From a virus (Duplodnaviria; Caudoviricetes), in IMG/VR virus record IMGVR_UViG_3300007735_000756, positions 1-54,371 of that record: DNA of 54,371 nt, one strand, 5' to 3'. This document shows, one piece after another, positions 10,120 through 18,439 of the stretch; position 1 is the stretch's first letter; each line of letters starts with the position of its first letter. A program made the position numbers and the translations under genes. The notes beneath the pieces are model-generated. The model ran no database searches and was not told the DNA's origin. It saw only the letters and a list, made by a program, of their open reading frames with translations.

Positions 10120-10617
10120 ATGACTCCCGAACAAAAGTTACAACAACTGTTTGAAGAGATATATCAACTCTGCGACCAACAAGGTTGGGGTGACCCATTC
10201 TCATATGCTCGCTCTCGTGAGATACATCTTGCTTGTATTCTTGGGCATAAAGTAGCAAAAACCTATTCTGGTGCTGATGCTGTGGATGAAGAAGGTGAAT
10301 GTGAGTATAAATCTACCATTGCTAATTCTATCAATGCGACATATAATGGCATTAGTGTTCAAGATAATTGGGAAGAACAGGAGCGTTATTTAATTGAAGA
10401 AAAGATCGGTAAATACTCTAATCATTATATTGCTCGCTATGATGGTTGTAAAGTGGCAGAAGTGTGGAAACTGACTAGTGATAATGTATTGATGATTCTT
10501 CTTCCCAAACTCAAGAAAGATTGGGATCGTAAGATTCACGGTAAGTACAAAGATCCCCGCCTCTCTGGTAGTCTGTCCAAGAAAGAAATCTATCAATTTG
10601 GTAATCTTATTATATGA
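10120..10617 (+). CDS. Putative PD-(D/E)XK endonuclease
   Basis: RE...GADA....CEYKS; overlaps the MTase start. Confidence 0.55.
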   Translation: MTPEQKLQQLFEEIYQLCDQQGWGDPFSYARSREIHLACILGHKVAKTYSGADAVDEEGECEYKSTIANSINATYNGISVQDNWEEQERYLIEEKIGKYSNHYIARYDGCKVAEVWKLTSDNVLMILLPKLKKDWDRKIHGKYKDPRLSGSLSKKEIYQFGNLII

Positions 10618-11162
10618 CAATTGACTCTAAAAAGATTTTATATTCAAATGGTGGAGGAAATGAAGCGTATACTCCTGATTATGGTGTTACTCCAATTCTC
10701 AAATATATTCCCATAGATGCAAAGGTCTGGTGTCCATTTGATACAATTGATAGTGAGTTTGTCAAGCAGATTAGTCAGCAGAATGAAGTAGTCTTCACTC
10801 ATATTCAGTATAATCAGGACTTTCTCACCTATGAACCTGATAACTGGGATATAATTGTATCTAATCCACCATTCACAAACAAGCGTAAGTTCTTTGAGAG
10901 AGCATTATCATTTGACAAACCATTTGCATTGATTATGTCCAACACTTGGTTGAATGATAGTGCTCCAAAGCAGTTATTTAAGAACAAGGATTTGCAGTTG
11001 TTGATGTTTGATAAACGAATGAAGTTTCATAGTCCTGATGGTAGATCAAACGACAAGATTACGTTCAGTAGTAGTTACTATTGTTGGAACTTTCTACCCA
11101 AACAAATCATAATGGAAGAATTGCAAATAAATCAATCAAAAGCAAGACTTCCCGTTGATTAA
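10614..11162 (+). CDS. Small amino (N6-adenine-type) methyltransferase
   Basis: YTP, WCPFD, QDF, DIIVSNPPF motif IV. Confidence 0.85.
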   Translation: MTIDSKKILYSNGGGNEAYTPDYGVTPILKYIPIDAKVWCPFDTIDSEFVKQISQQNEVVFTHIQYNQDFLTYEPDNWDIIVSNPPFTNKRKFFERALSFDKPFALIMSNTWLNDSAPKQLFKNKDLQLLMFDKRMKFHSPDGRSNDKITFSSSYYCWNFLPKQIIMEELQINQSKARLPVD

Positions 11163-11191
11163 AACTCTGGGGCCTTCAAAGTGTCCCTATA

Positions 11192-11381
11192 GTGTCGGGG
11201 AGAGCACCAAAGTTCTGGTTCAGGTTTAAGTTTTTGATCAGACTTAAGTACTTGGTCCGGGCAATGGAATAATGCTCTTGGTAATTCGTCTCAAACAATT
11301 TAGTGCTTCACAAGGTACTAAAGAGAATGAGAATCCACTGTTGTGAGTGGTAGGATGGGGGTTCAAATCCCCCCCCGATGT
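11192..11381 (+). ncRNA. Candidate structured RNA with tRNA/tmRNA-like T-arm at its 3' end
   Basis: GGGGG-TTCAAAT-CCCCC; TCGGG/CCCGA closing stem; several internal hairpins; no ORF; fills a cassette slot. Confidence 0.6.
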
Positions 11382-11481
11382 ATTCTTGACCCATTGAATA
11401 GAGGGGTCTTTAAATATACTCTATTCTGGGGCCTTTAAAGTGTCCCTATAGTGTCACCACTCACTTTGTTCTTTCTTGATT

Positions 11482-11733
11482 ATGATTGTTTCTGAAGTAT
11501 TTCATTACACTACTTCCGGTTGGGATTGGCAAGATTGTAATATGAATCAGATGTGGATTGAAGAGATTGAGGAATCTCCTGATTGTTACAAATACGTTGC
11601 TGTTGCTTACAATCCTCGTAAGGATGTGAGGATTGTAATGTCTGAACCACGTTGCTATGCTGATACCCTAAATTGGATACGTAGTTGGTGTCGTACTTTC
11701 TGTATTCTTCCTGAGTTCTCTGTTGCTGTTTGA
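11482..11733 (+). CDS. Cassette gene, hypothetical
   Basis: Track ORF 11476..11733 after repeat 11422. Confidence 0.7.
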   Translation: MIVSEVFHYTTSGWDWQDCNMNQMWIEEIEESPDCYKYVAVAYNPRKDVRIVMSEPRCYADTLNWIRSWCRTFCILPEFSVAV

Positions 11734-11878
11734 TTATGACACCCACACAAGTTAATGGTAAGAAGGTTAATCGTGAGAACTTTTAGATCGACTTAATCAA
11801 TTGATTCAGAGTTACTAACTCTGGGGCCTTCAAAGTGTCCCTATAGTGTAACCACCAACCAACCAAAAGCAAAACCCA

Positions 11879-12482
11879 ATGTTTATTACCTGCCCTGTTT
11901 CTTTTGATTTGTGTGATGCCGAATGGTTTGATGATGTGGAGGATGCAAAGGATGATGCACTTAATTGGAGTGTAGAACTTCATGGTGAGAATGTAGTTGT
12001 ATATGAAGCAGTTGAGGATAATTGTGGATATAAGTTTAATCCATTATCGTCTATTTTTGCCTAGTTATCTTGCTATTTTTACCAATGAAAGTTCCAAACT
12101 GGGTTCATAACTCAGGAAAACAAAAGAATACTAAGGGCACTTGCAAAGGACAACTTAAAGCAAGAAAGCAAGCACTTCAAGCACTCAAAAACAAACTGAA
12201 CTTCAAATGACTTTCATGGAACTCTCACAAATTCTCACACTCTCTACTGCACACCTTCATCCTTTGGAAGGACAGAAGATTGATAAAGCTGCTTATATTG
12301 CTAGTGATACTTCTGCTCTGGTAACTACTGACCCAGGAATGTATGAGTTTTATATTGAAAAAAGTCTACCTTGTTTGGTAGAATTGCTGAAATTGGTTAA
12401 AGAACAACATGATGATGTTGCTTATGTTTTATTTGACCCTGATGCAAATGTAGATGATGCTTACAAATCTTATGATTGGTAA
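11879..12482 (+). CDS. Cassette genes 11879-12064, 12085-12210 (basic 41 aa), 12207-12482
   Basis: ORFs after repeat 11817; 12085-12210 read manually. Confidence 0.7.
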
Positions 12483-12485
12483 CCC

Positions 12486-12546
12486 TTGTGCCCAGTAATC
12501 GCACTGGCACATAACACCTCCAAAGGCACCTTTGCCGTGTTATGAT
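12486..12546 (+). promoter_or_regulatory. Early-promoter-like element TGTGCCCAGT-N6-ACTGGCACA ... TGTTATGAT
   Basis: Clear dyad plus extended -10, upstream of ATG 12589. Confidence 0.6.
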
Positions 12547-12588
12547 TACGGAGTAATCAACCAAAAGCAACCCCGTCAAAGAAACAAA

Positions 12589-12750
12589 ATGAACACTTTC
12601 ACCAGACCCTACAATCTTCACCGTCAATGGGTTGAGGATGACATGAAGGAGGATTATGGTTATGACAATCTTATCGCATTTAATGAGGCAGTTGCTAATG
12701 GTGATTTAATTATTGGTGCAGATGGGTACGCAAGACCTCCAGTTGATTAA
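12589..12750 (+). CDS. Small hypothetical protein
   Basis: Track ORF 12532..12750, likely ATG 12589. Confidence 0.65.
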   Translation: MNTFTRPYNLHRQWVEDDMKEDYGYDNLIAFNEAVANGDLIIGADGYARPPVD

Positions 12751-12781
12751 AACTCTGGGGCCTTCAAAGTGTCCCTATAGT

Positions 12782-13678
12782 ATGAAGAACACACACCTAG
12801 AACACCCTGAAGATGAGATTCTCACAGGTAACCTATCTGTGCTGAATTGGTTCACTGCAAAATCAAAGATTACCGTCAAAATTGATGGAAGTCCTGCAAT
12901 AGTTTTTGGTACAAACCCAGAGAACGGTAAGTTCTTCGTGGGCACCAAAAGTGTCTTCAATAAAGTCAAGATCAAAATCAACTATTCCGTAGAAGATATT
13001 ATTCGTAATCACGGTAATAATGTTCGTGTCTCAGAGATTCTGATTGCTTGCTTTCACAATCTACCACGTATCTCTGGTATTATTCAGGGAGACTTTATTG
13101 GTGCTGGTGGTTCCGATACATATTGCCCCAATACTATCACCTATAAGTTTCCAAAAGTAATCACTCAACCGATTATCTTTGCTCCTCATACAACCTATTC
13201 TGGGAGCAATCTTCGTGATTGTAGTGCATCCTTCGGTGCGAAAGTTCGTGCCTGTTCTACAGTCTTATGGGTGCGTCCTAGAGTGTATCTAACTGCGGAT
13301 CGTGAAGATATTCTTGACTTCTGTAACTTTGCCCGCCAGATGAGCACTTTGTGTGAATTTGTGTCTGAAAAAGAAGCAGTCAAAATCAAGAAAGAGATTA
13401 ACCTTTATATTCGTGAGAATCGTAAAGTTTGTGAGTATGAGATTGCCGAGAAGTATAATTGTGACAAAAACTTGATTCGGTTGTGGAAACTTGTGGAGAG
13501 CATAAAGATGGATTTGTTCTTCTACATTCGTGCCGATAAAAGTATTTATTGTGAGATTGATGGTCGCAGTAGTGATCACGAAGGATATGTTATTTCCAAT
13601 CGTTTTGGAACCTATAAAGTGGTGAATAGAGAAGAGTTTAGCAGACTCAACTTCACTCTGGAGAAGTCCTGGAGTTAA
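12782..13678 (+). CDS. Ligase/nucleotidyltransferase-superfamily protein (DUF6267-like)
   Basis: VKIDGS (motif I), QGDF, EGYV, YKVV; N-terminus MKNTHLEHPED. Confidence 0.7.
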   Translation: MKNTHLEHPEDEILTGNLSVLNWFTAKSKITVKIDGSPAIVFGTNPENGKFFVGTKSVFNKVKIKINYSVEDIIRNHGNNVRVSEILIACFHNLPRISGIIQGDFIGAGGSDTYCPNTITYKFPKVITQPIIFAPHTTYSGSNLRDCSASFGAKVRACSTVLWVRPRVYLTADREDILDFCNFARQMSTLCEFVSEKEAVKIKKEINLYIRENRKVCEYEIAEKYNCDKNLIRLWKLVESIKMDLFFYIRADKSIYCEIDGRSSDHEGYVISNRFGTYKVVNREEFSRLNFTLEKSWS

Positions 13679-13775
13679 TAACTCTGGGGCCTTCAAAGTG
13701 TCCCTATAGTGTAAGCACTTCAAATTCCAACATCACTGAAGTCTCACTACTTTCTTAACATTCAACTAAATCAAA

Positions 13776-14129
13776 ATGACTGCTACTTTTTCTGATTACG
13801 TTGCCACACAGGATGCTCGCAACACCATTCATCTTAACATCGTTAAGTATGGTCTGATTCTGTGTGATGCACTGAAGCAAACTGCACCAGATGGTTATGG
13901 TTTTGAACTGGAATCTTCTGGGCGTAAGTATCATAAGATCTTTTTGTGTATCAACGGCAAGCGTGATTCTATTCACGCTTTTATTGATAAGAAGACTGGT
14001 GATGTCTACAAACCAGCATCAATCAAAGCACCTGCCAAAGGTGTTAGATACAACCTGCGACTAATTAACGATAGGGAATGGTTATTTGCGAATGCCGACT
14101 GGAGCGGATCGTATCTTTATTCTCGTTGA
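13776..14129 (+). CDS. Phage hypothetical protein (HAFIDK.TGDVYKPAS..APAK)
   Basis: Sole ORF in its cassette. Confidence 0.85.
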   Translation: MTATFSDYVATQDARNTIHLNIVKYGLILCDALKQTAPDGYGFELESSGRKYHKIFLCINGKRDSIHAFIDKKTGDVYKPASIKAPAKGVRYNLRLINDREWLFANADWSGSYLYSR

Positions 14130-14201
14130 TTAAAACTCTGGGGCCTTCAAAGTGTCCCTATAGTGTAAGGTTCAAACCTTTCAAACCACCAAATCTCAAA
14201 A

Positions 14202-14489
14202 ATGGCACAAACACTTCATCCATTCACTTCTTCTACTTCAGGTCTTGGTTACAATGTAGTTTCCAGTGAAATCTCAAGGATTGCTGTTGTTTCAAACGAC
14301 ACAGGAACTTATGATCTATTGGTAATTTTTCACAGCAATGTGGATAAAGTTTACCGATACATTTTTGAAGATGCTGGTGCTGCAATTCGTTTCATTAATC
14401 TTCTTGAAGATGATGTTGCCAGAGCAGAAACATCTTGGGGTTATGAGTTTAATCGGGCCCTAAAGCATGGTGATATTGAAATCGTTTGA
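14202..14489 (+). CDS. KTSC-like domain protein
   Basis: VSSEI.RI.....LLVIFHS...VYRY pattern. Confidence 0.5.
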   Translation: MAQTLHPFTSSTSGLGYNVVSSEISRIAVVSNDTGTYDLLVIFHSNVDKVYRYIFEDAGAAIRFINLLEDDVARAETSWGYEFNRALKHGDIEIV

Positions 14490-14500
14490 TTTTATACACA

Positions 14501-14531
14501 AAGAGGGGTGCTTTATGTGCCCCTCTTATTC
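14501..14531 (+). terminator. Hairpin AAGAGGGGTGC-TTTAT-GTGCCCCTCTT
   Basis: Strong stem after a stop codon, followed by T-rich sequence. Confidence 0.6.
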
Positions 14532-14552
14532 TTCCAAACTCTTTTAATTCTT

Positions 14553-14616
14553 TACCAGAAGTTGGGATGAAAAGTATCTTCAACAGGTAATGATTCCTAT
14601 TACTGTGTGTGCATAG
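14553..14616 (+). pseudogene. Orphan 3' fragment of a paralog of 14975..15379
   Basis: TRSWDEKYLQQVMIPITVCA* versus TKSWSETYLQQVEIPITVCA*. Confidence 0.85.
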
Positions 14617-14685
14617 GTAATCATAACCTGGGGCCTTCAAAGTGTCTCTATAGTGTAAGGCACTCAAACATTCAACCAAATCAAA

Positions 14686-15379
14686 ATGACACTCACCACT
14701 CAAACAATTCAAGAGTTCTTCACAGAAAATGAATGGGATATGATCTACAACTTCATCGGAAATGCTCTGGACAATGATGATTATGAGCGTGAAGATGTTT
14801 ATGCGATTCGTGCTAAAATTCACAATCTCTTTCTTTCACAATGAACACTCCAAACTGGAAACATAACTCTGGTAAGTCTAAACGAACCAAGGGCATGTGT
14901 AAGGGGCAAATTGTTGCTCGCAAACAAGCACTTAAAGCACTCAAACTCAAACTCAAGTAACATCCTTCAAAATCATGTCAACTCGTTCCCGCATCGGTCT
15001 ACAACTCTCAGATGGTTCTATATTATCTTCCTATCATCATTATGATGGTTATCCCGAATGGTTGGGACGTATTCTAACTACTCACTACAATTCAAAATCT
15101 CTTGCTGAAGAATTGATTGATGGTGGTGATATGACTTCCTGTTGGACAGATGAACGTTGGGATGATAGTGGTGTGAAGGGTGTTTATGGTCCTCAATATT
15201 ACTCTGCTCGTGGTGAAGATGTTCCACCTAGTCTTGATAATACTCTTGATGAGTATCTAAAACATAGTGAAGATTATTCTTATCTTTATCGTAATGGTGA
15301 ATGGGTATGTTATGATACTAAAAGTTGGAGTGAAACATATCTTCAACAAGTAGAAATTCCTATTACTGTGTGTGCATAG
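14686..15379 (+). CDS. Cassette genes 14686-14844 (52 aa), 14841-14960 (basic 39 aa), 14975-15379 (MSTRSRIG...HYDGYP type)
   Basis: ORFs after repeat 14625. Confidence 0.75.
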
Positions 15380-15453
15380 GTAATAGTAACTCTGGGGCCT
15401 TCAAAGTGTTCCTATAGTGTAAGCACTTCTCAACCACTTCACTCAAACCAAAA

Positions 15454-15873
15454 ATGCAACTTTCTGTCCGCTGCTCTTCTGCCCCTTGGGAGAACGAAAC
15501 CACTGATGAAGATCGTGCTATTGATCTGGCATATTCTCTCTCTGAAGAATACTCCTGTGATGTTCATTTAGTATACACTTCAACTGGTACTATTCACTCT
15601 GTTGTTTCTAACTACTAATCGATTATGAAACTCTACATTCTCAAAGAAGTTCTTTATGATTACACTTCTGGAATGTGTATCATCGCAGCAGAATCTATGC
15701 CTCAGTGTGAACAGATCTTTATGCAAGAGTTCGGGTATTTTACTGATTGCAATGGTGAACGTGTGAAAGATGAAGAGATGCAAAAACAGTTCAACAATGC
15801 CCAAGTCACTATCATCGAATCTGTAGGACTTGATGAAGCAGGTATTGTAGAATATGTTTATGGTGGAGGTTGA
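15454..15873 (+). CDS. Cassette genes 15454-15618 (54 aa) and 15625-15873 (82 aa)
   Basis: ORFs between repeats 15388 and 15889. Confidence 0.7.
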
Positions 15874-15941
15874 ATCATAAGAGTTAATAACTCTGGGGCC
15901 TTCAAAGTGTCCCTATAGTGTAAGCACTCACTCAAACTCAA

Positions 15942-16735
15942 ATGACCGACACTCAAACTCAAATGACCGAACAATCTTACTCCTTCAGGGGTATCTTCAC
16001 TGACAAAAACTACTCTACTCGCCTTGGTTACATGGCACCAACTGCACAAGATGCTTGGAATGGTATCGCAAAGCAGCATCCTACTTTCCTAGTTCAAAAC
16101 TGGGGACTTGAGGGTCAAGTTGACTAAAACTATTTTTCATTTATTAACATCTAAACTCAAACCAAACAAAATGACTGCAACTTTCACGATTAAGTATCAA
16201 GTTCCTTATCCATCAGTTGGACTCATTGAAGAATGGAGAACGCAAACATTTTCCACTCGTAATGAAGCAGAAAGAATGATAAAGTTCTATCGTTCCTGTG
16301 GTTCACCTGCAAAGATGATTTAGTTTAGTAAAGTATCAATCACAAAGAGGTTATTATGAACACTTTTGCAATTGTGACTCCAAAAAGTAATAAGGCAAAG
16401 AACAGATTTGCCAATCTTATGGATAAGAATCAAACTTGTATTGTTGAACAAATTAAGGACAATCTTGTGTTCTTACGTTCATTGAATGGCAAGAACTTTT
16501 TCTGGGTAAATCTTCTTAACGATTCTGATTGGAGCATTAAACTATGAAAAATCAAGATCAACTTATTCGTTCAATAGAACAAAGAATTGAAGATCTTTCC
16601 TTTATTGATGAAGAACTTGCATATCAATTTGAGTGTGATTTGTATTACGAAACAGATGGTGATGACGTGCCTATTGTTGAACTTTTCAATCAAGAACTTT
16701 TAGATGAACTTGATCAATTGATTCAGAGTTACTAA
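15942..16735 (+). CDS. Cassette genes 15942-16127, 16171-16323, 16356-16547, 16544-16735
   Basis: ORFs between repeats 15889 and 16734. Confidence 0.7.
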
Positions 16736-16787
16736 CTCTGGGGCCTTCAAAGTGTCCCTATAGTGTAAGCACTCAACCAACCTTCTA

Positions 16788-16976
16788 ATGACTAAAACAC
16801 AGATCAACGAAGCAATCGCTCAGGAATTCCTGAATCTTTCTACTCTCAACGAGTCGCTTTATGATTATTGGATCAATAATCTTTATACTGTTAATGGTGA
16901 ATTCATTGAGGATTCATGGAATGAATCCAATCTGAAAAAGATGAAAGATGATGTAATTTTTAACTCTGAATCTTGA
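16788..16976 (+). CDS. Cassette gene, 62 aa
   Basis: Sole ORF between repeats 16734 and 16992. Confidence 0.75.
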   Translation: MTKTQINEAIAQEFLNLSTLNESLYDYWINNLYTVNGEFIEDSWNESNLKKMKDDVIFNSES

Positions 16977-17044
16977 ATCATAAGAGTTATTAACTCTGGG
17001 GCCTTTAAAGTGTCCCTATAGTGTAACCACCAACTCAACTTCCA

Positions 17045-17377
17045 ATGACCACCTTTACCACCTTTCCTTTCCGAAAAACAATGAGCATCAATGACCTGTT
17101 TGATTCTATCAAACTCACTGAGTCTTTAGCACTTGAAAACTATCAGCAACGTAATGGAGTTGTTGATTATCGTTTAGATGGAGTTTGTAATCATTACTTC
17201 CCAGTCTGGAATGATAAAGAACCGTCATTTAAAACTGGTGAGATAGTGCTCACATGTAAGGTATCTAAAACAGTCAAGGGTCAGTTACGTTACAACTTTC
17301 TTATCAATGGTAAGAGAGTTGCAGAGAAGATGATTCCTTCAACATTCTTATCATTGGGTGCCTTTTGGAGTAAGTAA
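17045..17377 (+). CDS. Cassette gene, hypothetical
   Basis: 110-aa ORF after repeat 16992. Confidence 0.75.
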   Translation: MTTFTTFPFRKTMSINDLFDSIKLTESLALENYQQRNGVVDYRLDGVCNHYFPVWNDKEPSFKTGEIVLTCKVSKTVKGQLRYNFLINGKRVAEKMIPSTFLSLGAFWSK

Positions 17378-17466
17378 GATCTAAAGAGAGGAAGGAGTTT
17401 TTTGCCTCTATAAACAAAGTGACTCTGTAAAGTATGAATAATTCTTTAAAAGGTGGTTGGGTGAAT

Positions 17467-17506
17467 AAAGAGAGAGAGGACTGGTAATCCTTTCTCTCTT
17501 TTTTTT
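17467..17506. terminator. Probable bidirectional intrinsic terminator
   Basis: AAAGAGAGAGAGGA-loop-TCCTTTCTCTCTTTTTTT between convergent genes. Confidence 0.8.
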
Positions 17507-18008
17507 ATGTCAATAAACGACGTAATCCATATTGCATAATATAACTTTCTAGTGAGTTTTCAATGATAGAATTGATGAAGGTGTTTGTATCAGGAACTGG
17601 TAATCCTTTTCTTATTGATGCTGTATAAACCTGTTTCACTCTCTTTGCAAGAAAGTCATCTAATACGTAACCATCAAACTCTTTCTGTATCTTATCAGTC
17701 TTCCATTCTAAGTTCTCAAGTCTGTTATCACTTAAGTCACCATTCTTGTGTATTACAGATCTTGAAATGTCATCAGTTGGAATGAATGCTAATGCTAATA
17801 ATCTATGAATCACGAAGTTCTTCAGATTGCCGTATCTATCAGTAAGTCTTACAAACTTACATTGTCTTGTCTTAGACTTCCAACCGGGAGAAAGTATCTT
17901 TGATTTATTATGTCTAAAACTCCATACATTTCCTTCGGTGTCTATACCATACTCAGTGAAGTCTTTAAGTAATTCAACTTTAGATAAGTTGACGATTCTG
18001 CTCTCCAT
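17505..18008 (-). CDS. NUMOD4-HNH homing-endonuclease-like protein
   Basis: YGIDTEGNVWS, IHRLLALAFIP, HKNGDLSDNRLENLEW; only convincing minus-strand gene. Confidence 0.8.
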   Translation of the reverse strand: MESRIVNLSKVELLKDFTEYGIDTEGNVWSFRHNKSKILSPGWKSKTRQCKFVRLTDRYGNLKNFVIHRLLALAFIPTDDISRSVIHKNGDLSDNRLENLEWKTDKIQKEFDGYVLDDFLAKRVKQVYTASIRKGLPVPDTNTFINSIIENSLESYIMQYGLRRLLT

Positions 18009-18143
18009 ATCTTTGAATTGTTTTTCCTGTTCATTTTATGTATGGGAAAAGAGTTTTCCACAGGTTGAATTTAAAGATTGAATTATTATTAGTTAAACTT
18101 GAATTTTAGTGTATTACAAATCTTAATAGGTGATGAATAAAGA

Positions 18144-18268
18144 GTCTTATTAAATGCTGAATAGGGTTCTTAAGAATCTTTATTAAACCTTATTAAATGC
18201 TGAATAAAGGTCTTATTAAGTGTTGAATAGGGTTCTTAAGAATCTTTATTAAACCTTATTAAATGCTG
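18144..18268. repeat. AT-rich ~66-bp tandem duplication built from CTTATTAAATGCTG sub-repeats
   Basis: Units start at 18144 and 18210. Confidence 0.9.
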
Positions 18269-18289
18269 GATCTTATAGTTATCTAAGCG

Positions 18290-18318
18290 AGCATACACCA
18301 AGAATCATAAATTGTCAA
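18290..18318 (-). promoter_or_regulatory. Sigma70-type promoter TTGACA-N17-TATGCT (minus strand)
   Basis: TGTCAA at 18313-18318 and AGCATA at 18290-18295. Confidence 0.7.
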
Positions 18319-18360
18319 GAATAAAGTTGCAAATCTCCACAAAAGTTCCCCCCAGGACCT

Positions 18361-18400
18361 CATAAACACTCATAAACACTCACAAACACTCATAAATACC
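18361..18400 (+). repeat. Four 10-bp tandem repeats (CATAAACACT)
   Basis: cataaacact cataaacact cacaaacact cataaatacc. Confidence 0.9.
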
Positions 18401-18410
18401 CTCAACCTAC

Positions 18411-18439
18411 TTGACACCTATTGTAGGTCATTGTAGACT
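18411..18439 (+). promoter_or_regulatory. Sigma70-type promoter TTGACA-N17-TAGACT
   Basis: Exact -35, 17-bp spacer, AAGGAG RBS downstream. Confidence 0.75.

Noticed and set aside
11192-11381. Canonical tRNA or tmRNA call
   Set aside because: No D-arm or anticodon arm at tRNA spacing, no Ala acceptor stem, no CCA, no tag ORF, and the length fits neither.
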